A DNA stretch of 64,000 bases from contig JBEPZY010000001.1 in NCBI GenBank assembly GCA_041640595.1, forward strand, positions 416,001 through 480,000, written 5' to 3'. This document shows positions 21,247 through 29,407 of the stretch, one piece after another. The number at the start of each line of letters is the position of its first letter. The stretch's first letter is position 1. The translations under genes and the position numbers were made by a program. The DNA is from Gemmatales bacterium (GTDB lineage: Bacteria; Planctomycetota; Planctomycetia; Gemmatales; HRBIN36). Below the pieces are notes generated by a model. That model ran no database searches. It was given only the letters and a program-made list of their open reading frames with translations, and had not been told where the DNA came from.

Positions 21247-21948
21247 ATGTCTGCTCTTAGGAACGCTTTTCTGCGCGTAGAACGGCTGGAAGACCGTGAC
21301 TTGCCCGCAGGCACGGTCACAGCGGCTTTTGCCGCAGGCACCCTTACCCTGACCGGGGATGCGCAAGCCAACAACCTGGAAGTGCGCATCGACAACGGCA
21401 ACGTTACGCTCAAAGGTAAAGGTACGACCATCGCCGGCGGAACTAGCTTCGCTGGCGTCAATGACATTGTCATTAATCTTGGCGACGGCAACGACCGCGT
21501 AACCGTTCGCGGACGCACCTTGGCCGGCAACCTCACTATCGATCTCGGCAACGGCAACGATCATGCTCAGCTCAAGAAGCTTTCGGTTACCGGCAATGTG
21601 TCGGTCACTGGCGGCGCTGGAAATGACCACGTGAAAATCGAAGATCACGTTTTCGTCGGCGGCAACGTTACCGTTACGACCAACGACGGCAACGACCACG
21701 TGGGCATCGAAGAGCTCCACGTAACCGGCACTACCAGCGTGGACACCGGGCTGGGCAACGACAAAGTCGAAATTGAAGAAAGTCAATTCAGCGGTGCCGC
21801 CACGATTCTACTGGGCGACGGCAATGACCGTATCAAGCTGGAAGATGTCAGCTTCGCCGTGGCCAGCACTGTGGATGGCGGTAACGGCACGGACAAGCTC
21901 AAACGAGAAGACGTGTCCGGCCCTGTCAATTACCTTAACTTCCCGTAA
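21247..21948 (+). CDS. Extracellular beta-helix repeat protein with planctomycete LEDR N-terminal motif
   Basis: LRVERLEDR; seven G(N/T)D repeats about 22 aa apart; AAAGGAGG RBS before ATG 21247. Confidence 0.85.
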   Translation: MSALRNAFLRVERLEDRDLPAGTVTAAFAAGTLTLTGDAQANNLEVRIDNGNVTLKGKGTTIAGGTSFAGVNDIVINLGDGNDRVTVRGRTLAGNLTIDLGNGNDHAQLKKLSVTGNVSVTGGAGNDHVKIEDHVFVGGNVTVTTNDGNDHVGIEELHVTGTTSVDTGLGNDKVEIEESQFSGAATILLGDGNDRIKLEDVSFAVASTVDGGNGTDKLKREDVSGPVNYLNFP

Positions 21949-22016
21949 CCCGCTATAGGCGGCCGGCTTCCGAAACGACCACTACCATGGGCTGTGGCGC
22001 CAGTGCGGGGATGCGC

Positions 22017-22544
22017 TTAGCTGCTTGATGTACCCCCTTGGCGCCTCAGCCAAAGCTGCTGGATCTTTTCTTGCAAAGCCAGGATCGTGCTCAGTGAACG
22101 CGCGTAAAGTCGTAGCGCTCGTGTGCCCGCGCTGCATAGCTGCTGCGACAAATTCGCCAACCATTCTCCTAATGGCATAACTTCTTCGTCGGGCTCTAAA
22201 GGCACCAGACCTTTTGGCAACAGCACTTCGCTGACGCGCGGCTGGCCGCTCAGGCCGACCAATTTTGGCACGCGCGTGTGGCACATATCGAGATAAACCG
22301 GCTCTAAGTCATGACGAATGCGTGTAAATAACTCGACCACCGAACCACCGTGCGCCCGTACGAAGTCCGGGTCCGCTTTCATCACTTCCTCGACCACTTC
22401 AATCATAGCTGCCCACTGCCTGAGTCCTCCCGCCCATTGCTCTACGCGGCGCATCCAGCGATAATAGTCGAGCAAGCTATCCTGAGCCTGGCGACTCAGT
22501 TGCCCTGCCATCGCATAATGGTACTGGAACGTTAGCTTGTCCAC
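22017..22544 (-). CDS. Hypothetical helical protein downstream of Lon-CARF
   Basis: 175-aa ORF, co-oriented, 48 bp after the Lon-CARF stop. Confidence 0.65.
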   Translation of the reverse strand: MDKLTFQYHYAMAGQLSRQAQDSLLDYYRWMRRVEQWAGGLRQWAAMIEVVEEVMKADPDFVRAHGGSVVELFTRIRHDLEPVYLDMCHTRVPKLVGLSGQPRVSEVLLPKGLVPLEPDEEVMPLGEWLANLSQQLCSAGTRALRLYARSLSTILALQEKIQQLWLRRQGGTSSS

Positions 22545-22592
22545 CTGCTTCAGCGACTAAGTGCCTATGTTTTTCAAACCCATCTCTCGTTA

Positions 22593-23972
22593 CTAGGGAC
22601 GTCGCTGGTTATAAAGTATCCATTGTTCTGTAAAGGGCACGACCATCTGCCTCTTGCGTTCGTGCCGCAAGTACAGGAGTCGGTGTTCCGGCTGCGCCAC
22701 TCGCAGCGCCAGAGTCAGGGTCATTTCCTTAGTGCCTGGCGTGAGATCAAGCCCGACCAACTCGGCAGGCACACCCTGGACAAACGTGTGGACTTCCCGT
22801 TCTAACTCTCGCAACAATTCATCCGTGCTTTTATAAATCTTCCAGATAACCTCGCAGGGCCTTTGTGCCGATGCTCGCATCTCTTCTAGTTCGCGCATTG
22901 CAGCTCGCTTATCACTGGTTGCCAGTACCAGGCATCGGCTTGCTCCGATGCTTTCAATGGCGATGTGAACTAACTCCGGATTATCGCTTAATATGGTAAC
23001 CAGGTGGGAAATGGTCCCATTCTTTTCCTGCCATTGCTGCCGGAGCCGTTCGATAACTCGGGGGAGTAATTGCTGGCGATAGTATTGCTTAGCACGATCG
23101 GTATTCCGACTATAGAGCCGCTCGTAATAGGCTTGCAAGTATTTTATCGGACCGTCTGGCGGAGGCGGCACTTCCAGTTCTAATAAGCACGGGCGCAATG
23201 CTTCCACCGGATCAGATTTGCCCTGCGGCAAGCCTTGAATGGTAAGCAGCGATTGCTCCGGCAACAATTGCCTGGCGTATTCGATTTGACTTTCGGGTAC
23301 AAAGAAAATCTTAACGCCACTCTGTGGCAAACTGGCCGCTCGGAGTTTTTCTTCGAGACAACCGACTGCATCTATACCGCTGCCGTCGTTCCATTCGGCG
23401 GTGATCCATACGTCATGTCGTAGGGAAGGTGCATTGTTTTCCTGAGTCTGGCGTATCTGTTCCGCAGCAATTAGGCTCGCACATAACCAACCCCAACCGG
23501 AACTCGGCGATAACTGTAATTCGGCAGCGAGTGCATGCAGAAAGTCTTGGTCGCTGATGCGCACCGCCAGTTGCAATCCCCATCGCGAAAAATCCGAATT
23601 GTTCCTGAAATCATCGGACGGAACGTGAACGAGTTTTTGACGGATATTTTCTGCGAGTTGTCGCACACGGTCGGGCAACCGCGAGTCGTCGGCCTTTCCC
23701 CAGGCCCACTGCAGAGGTAGCAGGAATGCTTCCCGAAGCGTGGGAAACTGACGGGTATCAGTCAAAGCGTACAAAATGGCACAACCGTTAGGGCGGGGTT
23801 CTAAACTCCAGCGCGCGGACCTTACTAAGTCACCACTCGCTTTTGCTAACACCTCCGGGCGCAACCACCAGTAAGCTAGGTCTCCCAATCGGTGAGTTAG
23901 CCACAGGCATTCGTGTTGCGTCAACTCATCAGGAGGCTTCCTGAGCCGATGGAGAATCAGTTCCTGACTCAT
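22593..23972 (-). CDS. Lon-type (S16-like Ser-Lys) protease fused to a C-terminal CARF domain
   Basis: PSSG (S157/S158)..DVWITAE..IDAVGCLEEKLRAA (K209)..GVKIFFVP; then HLVTILSDNPE..CLVLATS..LDLTPGTKEMT..LLYL; GGAGG RBS. Confidence 0.82.
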   Translation of the reverse strand: MSQELILHRLRKPPDELTQHECLWLTHRLGDLAYWWLRPEVLAKASGDLVRSARWSLEPRPNGCAILYALTDTRQFPTLREAFLLPLQWAWGKADDSRLPDRVRQLAENIRQKLVHVPSDDFRNNSDFSRWGLQLAVRISDQDFLHALAAELQLSPSSGWGWLCASLIAAEQIRQTQENNAPSLRHDVWITAEWNDGSGIDAVGCLEEKLRAASLPQSGVKIFFVPESQIEYARQLLPEQSLLTIQGLPQGKSDPVEALRPCLLELEVPPPPDGPIKYLQAYYERLYSRNTDRAKQYYRQQLLPRVIERLRQQWQEKNGTISHLVTILSDNPELVHIAIESIGASRCLVLATSDKRAAMRELEEMRASAQRPCEVIWKIYKSTDELLRELEREVHTFVQGVPAELVGLDLTPGTKEMTLTLALRVAQPEHRLLYLRHERKRQMVVPFTEQWILYNQRRP

Positions 23973-25095
23973 GGTGCAATGCCTCCACTAAGTCGGGTGG
24001 AATTGATTGTAAATCTGCCTCCCAGACCTCGCGCGAACTGCCCACAGCCAAACAAGGGGGCTTACCAGATTCGAGCGCCTGCAAGAGACCATCGCTCGGA
24101 AACCAGGCTTTGCCCTCGGCGCTGATCTTGCTTTCTAAGTCGGCTAACCAAACCGGTTGATTGCTTAAGCCCAGCGCCGGTTCGCCTGCTCTGGTCATAA
24201 ATACTATTTCAATTTGTTCCGGCCTTTTATCCTGAACGAGCACGCAATGGGCCTCGTACTGGCGATCGGGCGAAACCCAGCGAATGATAACTGGTTGCCC
24301 CGCTGGCGCAGCAGCTACCCGGGCGCGCAACGTCATCAGCAAGAGTAGTTTCAGAGCCGCTAATTGGCGCTCCTCCTTATCGGTAACTGCCCGGGCTACT
24401 GCTTGCCAGATTCCAGCCGACGGCATCCGCTTCAGCGCTTCCTGCATGGATACCTGCGCTACTTCCGACAGTAACCCGCTCAGCCACCACGGCATCAGCC
24501 CCTGATGATCCTGGGTCAAAAGAATTCGCCAGTTTTCAATCAACGGGAGGTGCGCCACGGTGCTGAGGATTTCTAAGTTTTCAGATTGCTGCAATGCCGT
24601 GTCCAACTGCTCTACTTTTTCGGTTAATGCCTGCAACGAGCTATCGTATTCCTGCCACGAAATTTCCTGGTCACCATACGCCTCTAACAAGGCCTCATCC
24701 ACGGCAATATAAGCGGCGTGAATGTCCATCCGATCCAGGAGTAAACGAACGCACAACTCATCGCGCTCTATGGGTTCATCGGTGCTGTCCCAATCATGTG
24801 CGAGGGTTTGGGCACGTTTGGCAGCATCGTCAATTAAGGCATGCAGGGCGGTCATTGCCGCCTTAGCTATAGGTAAGGGCAGGGCGCCGTCCTCATCGCC
24901 CAGGTCCGCGCCGAACAACCGGCAATAACCTAGCGCAATGGCCGCTCGTAACGCCGATGCTTGATGTGCCGGCGTCAGCGGAACCCCGGCCAGTATTTCA
25001 TGGAGTTCCTGCTGCGCCAGGATTTCGTTCAGCTCCTGAACGTAGATAGCCAGCACATCATTATTGCGAGCGAAAATTTCCGTGGTCATAATCAT
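23929..25095 (-). CDS. Hypothetical 388-aa protein (helical N-domain, beta-rich C-domain); candidate protease substrate or anti-sigma
   Basis: Start placed at ATG 25095 or 25089 behind AAGGGA; overlaps the Lon-CARF start. Confidence 0.75.
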   Translation of the reverse strand: MIMTTEIFARNNDVLAIYVQELNEILAQQELHEILAGVPLTPAHQASALRAAIALGYCRLFGADLGDEDGALPLPIAKAAMTALHALIDDAAKRAQTLAHDWDSTDEPIERDELCVRLLLDRMDIHAAYIAVDEALLEAYGDQEISWQEYDSSLQALTEKVEQLDTALQQSENLEILSTVAHLPLIENWRILLTQDHQGLMPWWLSGLLSEVAQVSMQEALKRMPSAGIWQAVARAVTDKEERQLAALKLLLLMTLRARVAAAPAGQPVIIRWVSPDRQYEAHCVLVQDKRPEQIEIVFMTRAGEPALGLSNQPVWLADLESKISAEGKAWFPSDGLLQALESGKPPCLAVGSSREVWEADLQSIPPDLVEALHHESGTDSPSAQEAS

Positions 25096-25126
25096 GTCCC
25101 TTACTAATTGCGTAATTTTGGCGACA

Positions 25127-25867
25127 TTACTTCGTCGTGGTCGAATGTTTGCCGTTTTCCGAATCTTCCAACGGGTCGGGCAACGTCCATCGCCGTTGCC
25201 TGAGTTTAATACGCGGCCGCCTGGTCGTCGGTGACAACATTTCCGCGGCTGGCCATTCGGGCAGCGCGCCCCGCCACACTGGAAGAGGAGCACTCGTGTC
25301 GAAGCCCCAGTTCTCCGGTTGCACGAAGCGGATTTTTTCATCCGTCGGCATAAAAAAGCGCCTGGCTCCACCTTGTTCCCTAATGGGAGCGTAACGCCAA
25401 ATATAGGTGTGAGCAACATGACGCCACCGACGATGCGGCGGGTGAAGATTAGGGCGGTCGGGATAATAGCAGGTTACCAGATGTGCCCGGCTATCGTCGT
25501 ATTTGGACTTGAGCACGAAAATGGCCCCAGTAGGCAGAATAGCTATCCAGGCATGACGGCTTAATCCAATCCGTTGCAGTAATACCAACGGACGATTCAG
25601 CGATTCGCGCAGTGCCCCACCGAATAACTGCTCCAGTCGCCCCAGGGTCTCATCGTTTAAGTCTGACTCGCCGTGGTACCATTGGACTAAGCGGTCGCAA
25701 AGCTCCTGCGTCAGCCATTCGGCCCACGGTCCATCGCATCGAGAGATGTGGCGCTGAACAATATGGGCCAGGCATTGCTGCAATAGGATCACCGTACAGC
25801 GCTTGCCGCGTGGGGCATCTGGATCACGGGGATCAGGTAGCTTGTCCCATATCAGGAAGATCGCCAT
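25127..25867 (-). CDS. Hypothetical 246-aa protein with BECR/RelE-like motifs
   Basis: HIVQRH near the N-terminus and beta-rich ..HLVTCYY; GGGAG RBS; overlaps the sigma stop. Confidence 0.65.
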   Translation of the reverse strand: MAIFLIWDKLPDPRDPDAPRGKRCTVILLQQCLAHIVQRHISRCDGPWAEWLTQELCDRLVQWYHGESDLNDETLGRLEQLFGGALRESLNRPLVLLQRIGLSRHAWIAILPTGAIFVLKSKYDDSRAHLVTCYYPDRPNLHPPHRRWRHVAHTYIWRYAPIREQGGARRFFMPTDEKIRFVQPENWGFDTSAPLPVWRGALPEWPAAEMLSPTTRRPRIKLRQRRWTLPDPLEDSENGKHSTTTK

Positions 25868-26639
25868 GACCGTGCTCCCTAGCCAGTTCGCGAATGCAGC
25901 GGAGTTTCATTAGCCATTCGAGACGCCGTTTCCATATCACACATAAATGATTCTCGGTCAGCCCGGTCACCTCGGCTAACACTTTGAGGCGCTCTTGCTT
26001 ATTGTCTAAGCTTAACATTGCAGCTGGTGGAAACGGCCAGGGCCACCCCACTTCTAAAACCCATTGCTTCCACGTGTTTTCCGGTATCTTACACCATAAG
26101 CCGGAAAGCACCAGCATAATGATGCGATCGCGCAGAGGTCGCCAACTGGACACCCGGCTCAAGTCCTCCTCACAAAAGGGAAGTTGGAATAGCGACAACG
26201 CCTTGGGCATAACTGCCACCGACTCACCGCCAAGCCATTCGAGAACGTCAAGGCCCTCGTTCTGGACTCTTTCAGTAACTTGCTGGGATAATCTCAGGTT
26301 GCTTAATGCGGTTGGCCGTCGGCGCTGTTGATCATGAAGAAAGTTGCGGGCGACACGCTTCGCCCAGCCCACAAATCGGCCTCTGTGAGGATCGAATCTT
26401 CCTTGTAATAGTTTCAATATGACGTGTTGTGCCGCATCCTCTGCTAAAGATTCATCGTTGAGATTCATAACCGTCGCAGCCAACTGTCGCCGCGCTATAA
26501 TTGCTACAATCCCTGTCAGTCGCTCGATTGCTTGAGCTCGCAACGTTTCGGGTTGGGTGTTATCAAGGATTAGTGCGACTAACGCTTCCGGGTCAGCATT
26601 TACCAGATCATCAGGGGACGGTGCTTGCGATTCCGGCAT
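25833..26639 (-). CDS. Atypical ECF-like sigma70 factor
   Basis: Region 2 AEDAAQHVILKL..FDPHRGRFVGWAKRVARN..D; region-4-like LAEVTGLTENHL; GGGGAG RBS. Confidence 0.8.
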   Translation of the reverse strand: MPESQAPSPDDLVNADPEALVALILDNTQPETLRAQAIERLTGIVAIIARRQLAATVMNLNDESLAEDAAQHVILKLLQGRFDPHRGRFVGWAKRVARNFLHDQQRRRPTALSNLRLSQQVTERVQNEGLDVLEWLGGESVAVMPKALSLFQLPFCEEDLSRVSSWRPLRDRIIMLVLSGLWCKIPENTWKQWVLEVGWPWPFPPAAMLSLDNKQERLKVLAEVTGLTENHLCVIWKRRLEWLMKLRCIRELAREHGHGDLPDMGQAT

Positions 26640-26879
26640 AAATCAACTCCCCGTGGTGTGAAAGCCACCAGATGCAATTGTTGCCTTAGGTACCGATATT
26701 CCGGATCGCCGTTCGCCCAAGCGGCAAAGCCGTTAGCAGGAGAAACAAGTTCCGCTATCCAATGAAAAAGCGCATCATTGGCTTCGCTATGGACTCGGCA
26801 TGTCGTTGGCAGCCAATGCTTCCGGCCACCCATTGCATGTCGCCGACCACTTATTTGATCGCAGATGCGATAGCGCTGG

Positions 26880-27809
26880 TTAGGCAGCGTATTTTTTCCG
26901 CATGGTATCTATAAAGCGCTTGCAGTCGGCGGTGACCGTCCAGGCGTCCGGCCAGAAGCATAGATCTATGCACCACCAATCCGAGGGAATATTAGCACGC
27001 AGAAGGGCGGGGATTACCTCGTCCCAATTAATCAAGCCCTTGCCGAACGGTGCATGGGTGCTGGTTTCGTCGTTGCCTTGCTCATCTTTGTGACAGGTGC
27101 CGTCGGAATCTATTAGGTGAAGGTGTGTGATCTTTCCCTTGAGTTTTTCGATTAGTTCCAGCACACCGCCTTTAAGGGTTTCCTTTTCACCGGGCTGGCG
27201 TGCTCCAACAACGCTGACCATATAAGCGTGGCTGGTGTCGAACAATACGCCGAAATTCGGATTGCCAAGGCTTCGCACCTCGTCCACTATCGAGACGATT
27301 TCCGAGGGCTTATTGAAAGCGAAGCCAGGCTCAAACTCCCAGGCGACGCGCATGCCCCGATCGGCAGCAATCTTGGCGCATTTATCCCATGCCTTGACGA
27401 TGCGTTCACGGCCGAGGCGTGGATCGAGACCGGTTTTTTGAAAGATATCCGGGGGCTCTAGAGTATCTACGCGAATCAGGTCAATGCCTAAATCTTCTGC
27501 GAACAGCACATTGCGGGCAAATTCGGCTATGTAAGGTCCGCTGTCAGGAACACTGATCACTTTGTGCATCCAGAGGTTGGCGGCCAGCCCGGAAAACTCC
27601 AGTCCATGATCCTGCACTTCCTTGCGCAATGCATGCCGCTTTTTCTGCGTATCGTATTGATCGGGATTAGGGTGCGGCGGAAAACCTCCCAATTCTACGC
27701 CATCAAAACCCATATCTTGCAATTTGTGTAAGACTGTGTGGAAATCAACGGGGTTTGTCTTATAGGGACCAAGCACGTAAGCCCAGCTGCCAATCGAGAT
27801 TTTCTTCAT
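26880..27809 (-). CDS. Sugar-phosphate isomerase/epimerase (TIM barrel)
   Basis: GFDGVEL, WEFEPGF, LFDTSH and HLHLIDSDG. Confidence 0.88.
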   Translation of the reverse strand: MKKISIGSWAYVLGPYKTNPVDFHTVLHKLQDMGFDGVELGGFPPHPNPDQYDTQKKRHALRKEVQDHGLEFSGLAANLWMHKVISVPDSGPYIAEFARNVLFAEDLGIDLIRVDTLEPPDIFQKTGLDPRLGRERIVKAWDKCAKIAADRGMRVAWEFEPGFAFNKPSEIVSIVDEVRSLGNPNFGVLFDTSHAYMVSVVGARQPGEKETLKGGVLELIEKLKGKITHLHLIDSDGTCHKDEQGNDETSTHAPFGKGLINWDEVIPALLRANIPSDWWCIDLCFWPDAWTVTADCKRFIDTMRKKYAA

Positions 27810-27909
27810 GCGTCGCCTCCTTTGAGTTCATCACCTGTTGTGGTGCAGATCATTACCCATGTCGAGCATCAATCCGGTCTTTATTTCAGTCTCATGCACC
27901 AAGTTTTGA

Positions 27910-29238
27910 CTATCTGGCAAGTCGCTTATGATCGCCGACATTGGGAGCATCAGGATTTGTGTCGGGGCCGAAATAGCGCAAGGTCACCAGGGGTTCCGTG
28001 CCGGTATTTTCAAAGACGACACCAGCGCGTGCGGCATCGTAGGTAACAAAGACTTCGTCGGCGGTGAGTTCACCGAAGCGGATCATAGCCGGGGTTTCAA
28101 GCTCTAAGGTGCCGATACGTCCTCGACCTTGCACGGTGATCAAGCCATAGGCTCCGTTATCGCGGATGGTAACACGAACACCGGGTTGAATAGTTAGTTC
28201 TTTGGCAGTGAAAAGCTCCTGCCCATCTACGCGACCGTAAACGACCCAGCGATCTATATATCCTTCGCTAGCCGTGTCGGCGACGGGGATGGGTTCTAAG
28301 TAATGATGGTCTTTAAAATAGGGATCAACGTTCGCTTCCCAATCCAGCTGCTCGACTAAATAATCTAAGTCCTGGTGCTTATCGGGCGGCACGTCCTTGA
28401 CAAGTAAGTCCCAGGGGACATAGCGTCCTTCGACCATGGATTGATACATGGCAAAAACGTCGGAGCCCCATTGCGGTTCGTAAGTAACAAGCGAGCCCGG
28501 CGCATGCAGGATACAGGGAGGAACAAGCCAGCCGGTGCCGGGTTGCAAGCGGTAGGCTTTGCTGTAATTCAAAATGCCGTTGTCGCCTTCGTTCCAGCGT
28601 TCTAAGCATCGGCGGATGTCTTCCTTAGTGGTTCCTGGCTCTAAGCCAAAGAAGGTGTAGGGGAAATTATTGCCGATGCTATTCAATTGCGGCGGAAAAT
28701 AATAAGCTTCGGGTTTACCCTGCTGGCCGACGAGTGCGGCTTGCTCATTGTTCTGGTGCATATGATGCGGAATCGGGCCGAGGTTATCGAAAAATTTGCT
28801 GTAAACTGGCCAGCGATGATACTTGTCCCACATCGGCTTGCCGATAAACAAGGGGCCTTCGAGTTCGATAGCTTCTTTCAAGGTAACGAATTTGCGGCCT
28901 TGATAAACGATGTAACTAAGTCCTTCGTCCCAGGGTGCGCCTTCGTTGGCGGCGGGGGTGGTGGAAGCGAACCAGCGTTCGTCTATTCCGCCACGGTGTG
29001 CTCCCAGGGCGTAATAATCGTTGGGATGAAGTTTGAGACGCTTGCCGGGCATCAAGAAAGAGCGAGGCACCCAGGTCGGAGCCAATCGAACAATACCGTT
29101 GCCGGCCTCAACAATTTCCCGAATTTGCTGAGAGGTAACCGCGGGCCGGCGAACGTTGTCCATCAGTCGAGGTGATGAGGCTTTTCGAGAACGGGCAGGT
29201 TTCTTGCGAGCAGCAGTGCGAGTAGTTTTGCGTGCCAT
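27910..29238 (-). CDS. Cupin-fold, mannose-6-phosphate-isomerase-like protein
   Basis: ERW, KFFD..PHHMH, GKPEAYY and LHAPG..EPQ..SD. Confidence 0.75.
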   Translation of the reverse strand: MARKTTRTAARKKPARSRKASSPRLMDNVRRPAVTSQQIREIVEAGNGIVRLAPTWVPRSFLMPGKRLKLHPNDYYALGAHRGGIDERWFASTTPAANEGAPWDEGLSYIVYQGRKFVTLKEAIELEGPLFIGKPMWDKYHRWPVYSKFFDNLGPIPHHMHQNNEQAALVGQQGKPEAYYFPPQLNSIGNNFPYTFFGLEPGTTKEDIRRCLERWNEGDNGILNYSKAYRLQPGTGWLVPPCILHAPGSLVTYEPQWGSDVFAMYQSMVEGRYVPWDLLVKDVPPDKHQDLDYLVEQLDWEANVDPYFKDHHYLEPIPVADTASEGYIDRWVVYGRVDGQELFTAKELTIQPGVRVTIRDNGAYGLITVQGRGRIGTLELETPAMIRFGELTADEVFVTYDAARAGVVFENTGTEPLVTLRYFGPDTNPDAPNVGDHKRLAR

Positions 29239-29407
29239 GGGATGTATCTCCGTGGTTGCGGGTACACAAAGCCGGGACAAAATCCCCCGGATTATGGTCG
29301 CATTATAGCAAAACTACCAGAGCTGAAACAAGGCGGAAATGGCTGTAAATTACCCGGCGGCTAACGGTGAGACTGCGAAAGTTATCTCGATGGACATCGG
29401 TCCAGAT

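Noticed and set aside
22017..22544. HEPN nuclease call for the 175-aa ORF
   Set aside because: RIRH does not fit the Rx4-6H spacing
25096..25419. N-terminal extension of the 496-aa ORF
   Set aside because: It overlaps the 246-aa gene; an RBS supports a start at 25095 or 25089
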